A stretch of 64,000 bases of DNA from the NCBI GenBank assembly GCA_965221125.1, contig CBDCRW010000004.1:896001-960000 (forward strand), read 5' to 3'. The notes under the pieces were generated by a model. That model was not told where the DNA came from. It made no database searches and saw only the letters and a program-made list of their open reading frames with translations. Shown piece by piece: positions 31,306 through 40,903 of this stretch. This stretch comes from Alphaproteobacteria bacterium (GTDB lineage Bacteria > Pseudomonadota > Alphaproteobacteria > UBA828). The position numbers were made by a program, and so were the translations under genes. The stretch's first letter is position 1. Each line of letters begins with the position of its first letter.

Positions 31306-31932
31306 ATGACGACGCGCACCGTGACACGCCGCCTGGCGCTGAGCGGGCTGGCCGCTGCGGCAGGGGCGATGGCAGTCCCGAGCTTCGCTCGCGCCTCGGG
31401 CTACGCGTTCACCGGCCCGGCGGCCGACCGCGGGCTGGGCCTCGCGCCGCCCGAGAAGTGCACCGCCGGCACGCGCTCGCGGTCGGCGGGGCCGTTCTAC
31501 ACGCCGGAGACGCCCCGGCGGGACAGCCTGCGCGAGCCGGACACGGTGGGCGAGCCGCTCGTCTTCGAGGGCCTGCTGCTCGCGCACGACTGCCGCCCGC
31601 TCGCCGGTGCCGTGATCGACATCTGGCATGCCGACGAGCACGGCCGCTACGACAACCGGGGCTTCCGCTATCGCGGCCACCAGTTCACCGATGCCGCCGG
31701 CGCCTTCCGCATCGAGACGATCCGGCCGGGGCACTACACCGGCCGCACGCCGCACATCCACGTGCGGGTGCAGGGGGAGGGGACCCCGCTGCTCACCACG
31801 CAGGTCTTCTTTCCCGACATGGAGGACGAGAACGCCGACGACTGGATCTTTCGCGACGACCTCGTGATGAGCCTCGAGCGCGCCGGCGGCGCCTGGCGGG
31901 GGCGCTTCGACTTCGTGCTGCCGCCGGCCTGA
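31306..31932 (+). CDS. Intradiol ring-cleavage dioxygenase-like protein with probable Tat signal
   Basis: TRRLAL signal; GPFY, DIWHAD..G.Y, RG.QFTD..G, TIRPGHY.GRTPHIH, TTQVFF. Confidence 0.85.
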   Translation: MTTRTVTRRLALSGLAAAAGAMAVPSFARASGYAFTGPAADRGLGLAPPEKCTAGTRSRSAGPFYTPETPRRDSLREPDTVGEPLVFEGLLLAHDCRPLAGAVIDIWHADEHGRYDNRGFRYRGHQFTDAAGAFRIETIRPGHYTGRTPHIHVRVQGEGTPLLTTQVFFPDMEDENADDWIFRDDLVMSLERAGGAWRGRFDFVLPPA

Positions 31933-31944
31933 TAAATCGTTCGG

Positions 31945-33204
31945 TCAGATCGGGCGCGCGGCGGCGTCGCGGCGCTCGATCCCGCGGTGCAGGCAGAGCA
32001 AGAAGACCACCGCGACGCTGACCGCGCCAAGCAGCCATAGCCCCGCGTCGAACCCGCCCGTGAGGTCCGACGCCGCGCCGATCGCGAGCGGCCCCAGTAC
32101 GCCGCCGATTTCCGCCGCCGAGAAGAAGAGCCCGACCGCTGCCCCGGTGTTGCGGGGATCGACGCCGCGCGATTCCATCAGCACCAGGATCAGCACGGCG
32201 ATCAGCGAGCCCCGGCCGATGCCTTGCAGGATCATCGCCACCACCAGCGCCGGCGTGCCGGCCACCAGCAGCATCAGCGCGCCCGCGCCGCCGCAGAGCG
32301 TCAGTCCGAACAGGATCGCAAAGCGCCGGGACGGAGTCGCATGGCGCGGGATCAGCAGCGCGCCGACGATGCCGATGGCGGTGGGCACCGCCGACCAGAT
32401 GCCGGCGACATCCGGCGCCATGCCGCCCGTGCGCAGGATCTCCGGCAGCCAGTTGCTGAGCGCGTGATGGAAGAAGAAGGCGCCGATGCCGATGGCGAGG
32501 ATGACCTGGATGTTCGGCAGGCGCAGCAGCGTGGCGAAGACCGCCATCTGGCCCGCGATGGTCTCGCGGTGGCGCCCGGCGCTCTCCACCACGCGGTTGA
32601 TGGGGTGGCTCCCCAGCAGGAACCAGGCGAGGCCGGTGGCGAGGATGAAGCCCGCGTAGATCAGCAGCACATGGCGCCAGTTCCCGCCCGTGAGCGGCAT
32701 CAGGACGCTGTTGGTCAGCATCAGCGCCAGCATGTTGCCGAGCGCGGGGCCGGTGATGTAGACGCCCATGGCGAAGCCGCGCTCCGCGCCCTGGAACCAC
32801 TGCGCGATCGCCTTCGGCGCACCGATGGAGATGAGCGGACCGCCGATGCCGAAGAGCCCGACGGCCACGAACAGCGTCGCCCCGTCGAAGGCCACGGCGC
32901 GCAAGCCCCCCGACGCGCCGATGACGAGCACCGCGAGGAACAGCGACCACTTCAGGCCCACGCGGTCGACGAAGGCGCCGCAGGGCGCGGCGGCGACGAT
33001 GTAGACCAGCGGCCAGGCGCCCAGGATGGCGCCCATGGTGGTGTAGCTGAGGCCGAGGTCGCGGCTGATGGGGTCGACCAGCGGCGCCATCGCCACCGAG
33101 AGCAGGCCGAAGCCGAAGTAGATCAGCCACACGCCCCCCAGCATGGCCCAGCGGTAGCCATGCTCGTGCGGCGGCACGCCGGGCGACGGGTCGGCGGGCC
33201 GCAC
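31945..33204 (-). CDS. MFS transporter (CynX-like)
   Basis: About 12 hydrophobic segments, GAFVDRVGLK motif A, WLPEIL. Confidence 0.85.
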   Translation of the reverse strand: MRPADPSPGVPPHEHGYRWAMLGGVWLIYFGFGLLSVAMAPLVDPISRDLGLSYTTMGAILGAWPLVYIVAAAPCGAFVDRVGLKWSLFLAVLVIGASGGLRAVAFDGATLFVAVGLFGIGGPLISIGAPKAIAQWFQGAERGFAMGVYITGPALGNMLALMLTNSVLMPLTGGNWRHVLLIYAGFILATGLAWFLLGSHPINRVVESAGRHRETIAGQMAVFATLLRLPNIQVILAIGIGAFFFHHALSNWLPEILRTGGMAPDVAGIWSAVPTAIGIVGALLIPRHATPSRRFAILFGLTLCGGAGALMLLVAGTPALVVAMILQGIGRGSLIAVLILVLMESRGVDPRNTGAAVGLFFSAAEIGGVLGPLAIGAASDLTGGFDAGLWLLGAVSVAVVFLLCLHRGIERRDAAARPI

Positions 33205-33237
33205 GCGCTGATGCGGGTGTCGGCGGTGCTGCGGCCG

Positions 33238-33813
33238 TCAGCCGCGCAGCCAGGTCTCGGACCAGGCCAGGCAGCTCGAGCTCGACGGGTGCCCGAACAT
33301 GACGTTCTCGTAAGCCGCGCCCTGAGCGCGCGTTCCCGCGACGTCCAGCGTCGCGGTGCGGCACGGTATGAGGCAGCTGTAAACCGCCCACGGGCCGGTG
33401 TCGGGATTGTCCGGCGGGAGCGTCAGCATGAAGGGCTCGCCCATGTCGGACCAGCTCAGCTCGATCCGCCCGTCGGCCGAGTCCACGATCTCGCGATAGC
33501 TGGAGCGGTAGGCGCCTTCGCGCGAGAACGCGGCTTCGGCGATGGGCATGGCGGTATCGGCGAAGGGCGGGTTCAAGATCGCCTCCAGCTCGCCCTGGAG
33601 CCAGCGCGCCATCCCGACGTTGTCGGCGTAGAGCTTCACTTCGCCGCCGGTGGCGTCGGAGCGGAGGAAGAGGCAGGTGCCCGGCCCGGACGGCGAGATC
33701 AACGTGCGCCAGTGGGCGACGACGGTGGTCTCATCCCCGTCGGCCTCGGCCTTGAGCCGCATGAACGAGTTCTCTCCGGTGAAGTGAATCTTGTTGGGAT
33801 CGATGGCGGTCAT
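33238..33813 (-). CDS. Hypothetical protein
   Basis: 191-aa ORF with GGAGG RBS and host-like codon usage. Confidence 0.7.
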   Translation of the reverse strand: MTAIDPNKIHFTGENSFMRLKAEADGDETTVVAHWRTLISPSGPGTCLFLRSDATGGEVKLYADNVGMARWLQGELEAILNPPFADTAMPIAEAAFSREGAYRSSYREIVDSADGRIELSWSDMGEPFMLTLPPDNPDTGPWAVYSCLIPCRTATLDVAGTRAQGAAYENVMFGHPSSSSCLAWSETWLRG

Positions 33814-33905
33814 TTCGGTGCACCTCCCTTTGTGCGATACCCGGAGCTTAAGGCCGCAGGCGCCGGATGCGAAAGGTCCGTGGCGGCGATGCAGGGGAGA
33901 GAAGC

Positions 33906-34946
33906 ATGACGGGCAACCACGTCGATCTCAGGAGCGACACGGTGACGCGGCCGACGGCGGCCATGCGCGAGGCCATGGCCGGGGCCGAGGTCGGCGACGA
34001 GCAGCGGGGCGAGGACCCGTCCACCAACGCGCTCCAGGCGCGCGTCGCCGCGCTGCTGGGCAAGGAGGCTTCTGTCTTCCTGCCCTCCGGCACCATGTGC
34101 AACGAGATCGCGCTGCTGGTCCATTGCCGCCCCGGCGAGGAGGTGATCTGCGACCGCACCGCCCACATCATCACGGCGGAAGGCGGCGGCCCGGCGGCGC
34201 TCGCCGGCGCCATGGTCCGCGCGCTGGACGGCGAGGCCGGGGTGTATTCGCCGGAGCAGCTCGCCGGCGCGGTCCGCGCCGTCAACCGCTACGCGCCGCG
34301 CTCGCGGCTCGCGGTGGTGGAGCAGACCTCGAACCAGGGAGGCGGCACGATCTGGCCGCTCGAGACCATCGAGGCGGTGGGCGAGACGGCGAAGGCGCAC
34401 GGCCTGCTGCTCCACATGGACGGCGCGCGGCTCTTCAACGCGGTGGTGGAGACGGGGGTGGACGCCGCGCGCTACGCCGCCCCCTTCGATTCGCTCTGGG
34501 TCGACTTCAGCAAGGGGCTCGGCTGCCCGGTGGGCGCCGTCCTCGCCGGCTCCGCCGAATTCATCGAGGCCGCGTGGCAGTGGAAGCAGCGCCTCGGCGG
34601 GTCCATGCGCCAATCCGGCATCGTCGCCGCGGCCGCATCCTACGCGCTCGACCACCACGTCGCGCGGCTTGCCGAGGATCACGCCAACGCCCGCGCCCTC
34701 GCCGATGCCGTGCGCGCGCTGCCCCGGCTCTCCCTCGACCAGCCGCGCGTCGACAGCAACCTCGTCTTCTTCGATTGCGCCGCGACCGGGCTCAGCGCCG
34801 CGGCGCTCTCGGACGCGCTCAAGACCAGGGGTGTGCTGATCGGCGCCATGGGCCCGCATCGCTTGCGCGCGGTCACGCACCTCGATGTCGATGCGGCGGC
34901 CGTGGCCGAGGCCGGCGAGGCGCTGCAGGCCGTGGTCGGCGAGTAG
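33906..34946 (+). CDS. ltaE: Low-specificity L-threonine aldolase
   Basis: DLRSDTVT.PT, EDP, PSGTM.N, HMDGARLFNA, SKGLG.PVG, R.VTHLD. Confidence 0.9.
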   Translation: MTGNHVDLRSDTVTRPTAAMREAMAGAEVGDEQRGEDPSTNALQARVAALLGKEASVFLPSGTMCNEIALLVHCRPGEEVICDRTAHIITAEGGGPAALAGAMVRALDGEAGVYSPEQLAGAVRAVNRYAPRSRLAVVEQTSNQGGGTIWPLETIEAVGETAKAHGLLLHMDGARLFNAVVETGVDAARYAAPFDSLWVDFSKGLGCPVGAVLAGSAEFIEAAWQWKQRLGGSMRQSGIVAAAASYALDHHVARLAEDHANARALADAVRALPRLSLDQPRVDSNLVFFDCAATGLSAAALSDALKTRGVLIGAMGPHRLRAVTHLDVDAAAVAEAGEALQAVVGE

Positions 34947-34965
34947 GGGGCGGTCGCCCCGCCCC

Positions 34966-35580
34966 TCAGCGCAGGTAGAGCGCCAGGTACTGGCGGATCG
35001 CCGTCTCCTGGCTGGCATTGTAGTCGTGGAGCAGCGCCGCGATGACCGCGTCGTAGACCCGATCGCGCTCGATCAGCGTGATGCCCTCCGCCAGCGTGCG
35101 GGAGCGCGAGGCTTGCGCGGTGGCGCTGCCGTTGACCTCGCCGTTGTGGTCGATCGCCTCGATGGTGACGCGAAGCCTCACGTCCAGGCGCTCGGCCTGC
35201 TCCTTGGTGAAGATGTCCTCGAATTCGATGTCGGTCTCCAGCAGGGTCAGCCTGGCGCTGGCCTCCTCCACCGTGACCCGCAGTGCACCCACGGTGCCCC
35301 TCGCCCGCAGCCTGTCGTTCACCCAGATCCCGATCGCGGTGGCGGGCGAGGTCGGCAGGAGGTGATCGACGTCGTCTGGGTGCGGCGCGGCCGGGCGCTC
35401 CACGACCTCGATCCGGTCAAGGTCGAAGACCAGCGGCGGCAGCGCGGCGAAGGAGGGGGGCGTGCTCTCGTAGCGCTGCGGCGGTGTATCGCAGCCAGCG
35501 GCGACGACCGCCACGGCGAGCAGCGCGGCCGCGGCCAGGCCCAGGTGGCCGAGCCTGCCGCGCACCGTCTCGATCCCCAT
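34966..35580 (-). CDS. Hypothetical lipoprotein
   Basis: Hydrophobic signal ending in lipobox VAAGC; start could be 35601. Confidence 0.7.
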   Translation of the reverse strand: MGIETVRGRLGHLGLAAAALLAVAVVAAGCDTPPQRYESTPPSFAALPPLVFDLDRIEVVERPAAPHPDDVDHLLPTSPATAIGIWVNDRLRARGTVGALRVTVEEASARLTLLETDIEFEDIFTKEQAERLDVRLRVTIEAIDHNGEVNGSATAQASRSRTLAEGITLIERDRVYDAVIAALLHDYNASQETAIRQYLALYLR

Positions 35581-35782
35581 CGCCAATCCCTTGCCGACCA
35601 TTGCCTGCCCCCTCGATCCAGAATCGTCGCGCGCGGCCGCGACTCGACCGGCGAGACTGCTGCCATAGGTGCGCACGGGGGCGCCGCAATTCAAGTCAGG
35701 GCAGGGGCGCAATGGCGACGAGGATTGGCTCGCTCGGCGCACGCTGCGCTACACTCGCCGGCGGGTGACAGGGGAGCGCGCC

Positions 35783-36586
35783 ATGCTGCCGACACAGGCC
35801 GAGATCGACGCCTATCATGCCGACGGCGTGGTCTGCCTGCGTGGCGCCATCGCCCCGGAGTGGATCGCGTGCCTGCGCGACGGCGTCGCCGCCGACATGG
35901 CCGAGCCCGGCCCCAACGTCGAAATCTATACGGAGGCATCGGACCCCGGCCTCTTCTTCAACGATTTCGACCTCTGGCGTCACGTGCCGCAGATGAAGGA
36001 ATTTGCGCTCGAGGGGCCGTGCGCCGCGATCGCCGCCGCGCTCTCGGGCTCGTCCGCGATCACCTTCTTCTACGACCAGATCTTCGTGAAGGAGCCGGGC
36101 ACCGAGGGCCTCACCCGCTGGCACCAGGACCAGCCCTACATGGCGGTGGACGGCGCGCAGCTATGCTCCAACTGGATCCCGCTCGACCCCATCAGGCCGG
36201 AGACGACGCTGGAGTTCGTGCGGGGCTCGCACCGCTGGGGGCGCTGGTTCGCGCCCTTCGACAGCATGCTGGACGGCACGCGCCACCCCGGCACCGTGTT
36301 CGAGCGCTGCCCGGACATCGAGGCCGCGCGCGGGGACTACGACATCGTCTCGTGGGAGCTGGAGCCGGGGGACTGCATCTTCTTCCAGGGGCTGATCGTG
36401 CACCAGGGCCGCAACAACCCGACGGAAAGCACGCGGCGCCGCACCGTCACCCACCGCTGGCTCGGCGACGACGTGCGCTTCATCCTGCGCGACCCGCCGG
36501 CCGAGTTCCCGAAGCATCCCACCGCGCTCCGCACCGGCCAGCCCTTCCACGAGGACCCGCAATACCCGGTCGTCTGGCGCGCGTGA
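35783..36586 (+). CDS. PhyH-family Fe(II)/2-oxoglutarate dioxygenase
   Basis: DGVVCLRG, VKEPG, WHQD, WIPLD, GSHRW, PGD..FF...VH, RWLGDD. Confidence 0.88.
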   Translation: MLPTQAEIDAYHADGVVCLRGAIAPEWIACLRDGVAADMAEPGPNVEIYTEASDPGLFFNDFDLWRHVPQMKEFALEGPCAAIAAALSGSSAITFFYDQIFVKEPGTEGLTRWHQDQPYMAVDGAQLCSNWIPLDPIRPETTLEFVRGSHRWGRWFAPFDSMLDGTRHPGTVFERCPDIEAARGDYDIVSWELEPGDCIFFQGLIVHQGRNNPTESTRRRTVTHRWLGDDVRFILRDPPAEFPKHPTALRTGQPFHEDPQYPVVWRA

Positions 36587-36647
36587 GCGCTTTCGGACGG
36601 CCGAGACATTATGTTAGGGACGGCGCACGGCCACGGAGGAGCGGGCG

Positions 36648-37307
36648 ATGAGCGGTGAATTGGTCATGGTGCACACGGTGGCGCCCCTTGCCGACCTGTT
36701 CGACGAGCTGCGGGCCGAGATCGACCCCGGCGTGCCGGTTCGCCACGTGGTGCAGGCGGCGCTGCTCAACGACGCCATCGACGCGGGCCGGCTCACGGAC
36801 GAGATCAGGGCGCGCACCTGCCGGGCGTTGCTGGAGGCGACGGAAGGCGCCGGGCTCGTGCTGTGCACCTGCTCGACGGTGGGCCCCGGCGCCGACGACG
36901 CGGCCCTGCAGTCCGGCGTGCCGGTCCTGCGGGTCGACCGGCCCATGGCGGAGGCGGCGGTGGAAGCCGGGCGGCGCATCACCGTGGCGGCGACGCTCGC
37001 CACCACCATCGAGCCCACCGCCAGCCTCGTGGCGGACGCCGCACGCCGCGCCGGCAAGGAGGTCGAGATCGGCTCGGTGGTGTTCGCCGAAGCCCGCGCC
37101 AGGCTCGTGGCGGGCGACGCCGAGGGCCACGAGCGCATCATCGCCGACGGCCTGCACGAAGCCGCGTCCTCGGCCGACGCCATCGTGCTGGCGCAGGCCT
37201 CCATGACGCCGGCGCTCGCGCGCTGCGCCGGCATTTCGATCCCGCTGCTCACCAGCCCGCGCTCAGGACTGGAGGCCGCCATCGCCCGCTGGCGCGCGGC
37301 GGCGTAG
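36648..37307 (+). CDS. Asp/Glu/hydantoin racemase-like protein
   Basis: HT, LCTCSTVG, PVLRVD.PM, IVLAQASM, LTSP. Confidence 0.75.
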   Translation: MSGELVMVHTVAPLADLFDELRAEIDPGVPVRHVVQAALLNDAIDAGRLTDEIRARTCRALLEATEGAGLVLCTCSTVGPGADDAALQSGVPVLRVDRPMAEAAVEAGRRITVAATLATTIEPTASLVADAARRAGKEVEIGSVVFAEARARLVAGDAEGHERIIADGLHEAASSADAIVLAQASMTPALARCAGISIPLLTSPRSGLEAAIARWRAAA

Positions 37308-37327
37308 CGGGGCGACGGGGGGCGCAC

Positions 37328-37810
37328 ATGCCCGCGGCCAAGACGCTTTACCTCGCGAACCCCTACGGCTTCTCCGCCCAGCAGAAGGACGGGCCGCTGC
37401 AGGCGCTGGTCGCGGCGCTGGAGGGGCTCGGCGCCGAGGTCTGGGAGCCCTTCGCCCGCAACAACCAGGTCGACAAGGCCGCCGCCGGCTGGGCCTGGCG
37501 CATCGGCCAGGCGGACCTGCGGGACGTACGCGACGCCGACGGCATCTTCGCCGTGGTGAACGGGTGCCCGCCGGATGAAGGGGTGATGGTGGAGCTCGGC
37601 ATGGCGATCGCCTGGGGGAAGGCGGTGTTCCTCTTCCGCGACGATTTTCGGCGCTGCACCGACAGCGAGGCCTATCCGCTCAACCTGATGGTCTTCACCG
37701 GGCTGCCGGAGCAGGGCTGGGAGGCGTATTGGTACGCCTCGGCGGACGAGATCGCCGATCCCGACAAGGCGCTCGCGCGCTGGCTCAGGGAGGACGGTGC
37801 GCCGGGCTGA
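37328..37810 (+). CDS. Nucleoside 2-deoxyribosyltransferase family protein
   Basis: YLANPYGFS, D...V..AD, DEGVMVELG.A.A.GK, NLM. Confidence 0.85.
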   Translation: MPAAKTLYLANPYGFSAQQKDGPLQALVAALEGLGAEVWEPFARNNQVDKAAAGWAWRIGQADLRDVRDADGIFAVVNGCPPDEGVMVELGMAIAWGKAVFLFRDDFRRCTDSEAYPLNLMVFTGLPEQGWEAYWYASADEIADPDKALARWLREDGAPG

Positions 37811-37898
37811 GCCGGGCCGAGCCGTCAGGCCCGGACGGCGCAAGCGCCCGGCGACCGCGGGAAATGAGTAGAAACTGCCGGACGGCGTCGCCGTCCGG

Positions 37899-38342
37899 TC
37901 ACTCCACGCGAGTCCAGGTCTCGGTCTTGCAGACGAACCACACGCAGCCGCTCACCTTGACCGTGTTCGCATCGACGAGTTCGAGCTCCGCGTCGTAGGT
38001 CCCGCCGTCCCTGGCATTGTAGACCTCGCCGTCTTCCCACTGGCCGCCGCCCTGATCCTCCAGGTCAAACAGCATCTGGATGCCCAGCACCGGCCGGTCG
38101 CGGAGGGATTCGTCCTCGTTCTCGACGTCCCGCCTCGGCTTGCCGTCCTTGCCGAGCGGACTCTTGAGCCAGACGATCTCGCCGCACAGTTCGTCGCCGT
38201 TGCAGGAATAGAGCTTTACGTGCGCGTCCTGCGGCTCGTTGAGCCAGACGCCATAGGGGTCTGCCGCGAGCGCACCGCTCGTGATACCGCCAACGATCAG
38301 CGCACCCGCCAGCACGCTGCATGTCTTGATCCGTCCCGTCAT
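37899..38342 (-). CDS. DUF2147 family exported protein
   Basis: Signal peptide, G.W, LCG.IVW, W.DGEVYN..DG.TY, GC...CK..TWTR. Confidence 0.85.
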   Translation of the reverse strand: MTGRIKTCSVLAGALIVGGITSGALAADPYGVWLNEPQDAHVKLYSCNGDELCGEIVWLKSPLGKDGKPRRDVENEDESLRDRPVLGIQMLFDLEDQGGGQWEDGEVYNARDGGTYDAELELVDANTVKVSGCVWFVCKTETWTRVE

Positions 38343-38898
38343 CTCGCCAGCCTCCGTCCTCGCCCATGGTCGGCCTACGCCCCTCCAGAATAGCCGACCG
38401 CGCGCGCTACTGGCAGCCCGAAGCTTGGGGCCATCGAGAGGGGGGCTCCGCTGTCTCCCTGGGTCCGCGCCCTTCAGCCGCACGAAACGCTACGCCCATA
38501 CGGTCCGCCGATCCCAACGGATAAACCAATTGAACATATTAGTTTTTGTGTTATATCTATTTTGATACATTAAGTTTAGGGCAGGTGGAGACAGAGGGGG
38601 CATGCCGATGGTGGCCGGTAGGCAAGCGGAGAGCAGCGCCGTGGGGCTCTCGGGCGAGGACAACGACATGCGCTCGAAGAACGGGGTAGCACAGTACATG
38701 CACTCGCCATTGGGGCGCATGGCACTGCTGATCAACACCAGCCGCGTCCGCAACATGTCGGACGCAACCGGCAACCGGTTCTACGAGTCCTGGCGCGTCT
38801 TGCGAGCACTTGCCACGCTGGTCGGCCTTCGCCACTTCGCGCGTGCACACGGCCTTCGGCTGAAACTAGTACCGGTCAGCTCAATACCTAGGCCTTCC

Positions 38899-40632
38899 AT
38901 GATCGCCTTCCCGCTAGTACTGGTATCAGCTTGTCTAATGTTGCCTTCGTGTGAAAAAACAGAAAGGTCGGGAACAACATTCCGAACATTCTCGGCTATT
39001 GAAGGGGAAAGCATCTCTATCGATGCCCATCAGAGAGCCATTATCACTACAGAGGTTCGTGACGAGAGTGGCCAATCTCGCCTCATATATTGCGCCGAGC
39101 CGAGTCCCGACGCTTTTGCAAGTATAAACTCGACATTAAATCGTTCGATAGCAGCTGAGGTGGAGAACAGGGGAGAAATATCCGCGGAAAATATAGAGAC
39201 TTTAACATCCGCAGCTTCCAATGCACTCAATGCTCGCAACGCCACTATTCAGCTTCTTAGGGACGGACTGTACCGAGCCTGCGAGGCTTATGCTACAGGC
39301 GCGTTAAGCAAAAATGAGTACGTCGGAATAGTTGGCCAATATCAAAATGTTATATTGGCTCTTCTATCTGTAGAGCTACTAACTACTATCAATAGGCGCG
39401 AGGAAAATGGTTCTGAGCCAGGAACTCCTGAAGCGGGTGCTTCTAAAAAAGGCACTTCGGATTACGGTTTTACAGGTCTTGGCGAAACGTCGATTGCAGA
39501 AATAGCTCAGACGGCAGAAGACCTTGTACTGCGCGTGTTAGACATCGAACGGGAAAGGGCACTACAGCCACGCTTCGCCGAGTGCGTTCAGCGGACGCGT
39601 CACGACGACTCAGAACTTAGCGAAAGCTTATCTCGTTGGTGTGAGATTATGCTAAAGCACATTGCAAAGGAAAGCGTAAGTAGAGGGGACGATTCGGGTC
39701 CAACACTGGATGACTTGGCAGAAGCGCTGGTCAATCCGGAGGGTGATGTTCATGTCGGAGAGCCATACCAAGTGAGTCTTAAGCAGGACGATCACCTGAA
39801 GGTTTATGACTGGACTAATGTAACTAACGCGGTTTATGAGATAGATCTAATAGATAAATCTCCGATAACTGTTGGCGATCCAGCTCTTATAATTGTCAAA
39901 GCTGAAACTTCTGAAATAATAAATAGCGATGATGACTCGGGAAATGGGTTAAACGCAAATATTACTATGCAGTTTGCGCCGGGCACATACCAAATTCTGG
40001 TTATCAACAATGCCGAGGAAGGCACTGCCACGTTCGAGTTGCTCATAACGCAAGCCCAAGAACAGGACGCAGCTGATCGCGAGGCGCACGTAGACACGCA
40101 GTCGAATGCGGAAACTGTGTCTACAAATGGGGCAAGCAATGTATACCAGGAAGGTGAAGCGGGGGACGAGTCCGTAGACTCGATTGGGTCGCTTGAAGAC
40201 TTGATAGAAGCGCTGGCCAATCCGGACGGTAACGCTTTTATCGAAAGGCCGGTTAAAGTGAGTCTTGACAAAGGTGAACACTTAAAGGTTTACAATTGGA
40301 CTAACGAGTCAGACGCGATTTATGAAATAAGTCTAATTGATCAATCTGTTTTAAGTGTGGGAGATCCGGCGCTCATAGTTATCAATGCCGATACTGCTGA
40401 AATATTGGCTGATGATGATGACTCTGGAACCGGACTAAACGCGGTAATTTCTATGAGGTTTGCCCCAGCGGACTATCAGTTGCTGATCGTCAACCATGCC
40501 CAGGATTCGACCGCTGCGTTCGAGTTGGTTATAAGGCAAGTCGAAGGTCAGAGCGAACGAGATCGCGAAGCACGCGCAAGCGCGCTGTCTCGTGCGAAAG
40601 GAGTGTCTCCAGGTGAGGACGGCAACGTATAG
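38899..40632 (+). CDS. Low-GC lipoprotein with two tandem PPC-like beta-domain repeats
   Basis: Signal with lipobox LPSC; CAEPSPD...IQLLRDGLYRACEAY domain; repeats at 39706-40089 and 40192-40575 each with GDPAL and DDDSG.GLNA; start could be further upstream (38602). Confidence 0.75.
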   Translation: MIAFPLVLVSACLMLPSCEKTERSGTTFRTFSAIEGESISIDAHQRAIITTEVRDESGQSRLIYCAEPSPDAFASINSTLNRSIAAEVENRGEISAENIETLTSAASNALNARNATIQLLRDGLYRACEAYATGALSKNEYVGIVGQYQNVILALLSVELLTTINRREENGSEPGTPEAGASKKGTSDYGFTGLGETSIAEIAQTAEDLVLRVLDIERERALQPRFAECVQRTRHDDSELSESLSRWCEIMLKHIAKESVSRGDDSGPTLDDLAEALVNPEGDVHVGEPYQVSLKQDDHLKVYDWTNVTNAVYEIDLIDKSPITVGDPALIIVKAETSEIINSDDDSGNGLNANITMQFAPGTYQILVINNAEEGTATFELLITQAQEQDAADREAHVDTQSNAETVSTNGASNVYQEGEAGDESVDSIGSLEDLIEALANPDGNAFIERPVKVSLDKGEHLKVYNWTNESDAIYEISLIDQSVLSVGDPALIVINADTAEILADDDDSGTGLNAVISMRFAPADYQLLIVNHAQDSTAAFELVIRQVEGQSERDREARASALSRAKGVSPGEDGNV

Positions 40633-40903
40633 CAGGAAAGCGACTTGGATGACGGGATGGGTGAGCAAGCGCGAGATGTATTCAAGGATTCGCTGGCGGT
40701 CAGAACAGTAATGGTTGTTGAAAGGGAAACGTGACTGCAGTGCATAGCAAGTGAAGTAAGGGGTTCATCCCTATTTTTATACTCAAAGAGGGAAGCGACA
40801 CATCAAGCGAGACGGCTGAAACATCGATCAACGCAACGCGCCAACCTAGCGTTGCGTGGTCGGGTCGCGGTACGGTGCCGCCGAGCTATGACCGGAGGCG
40901 GGG

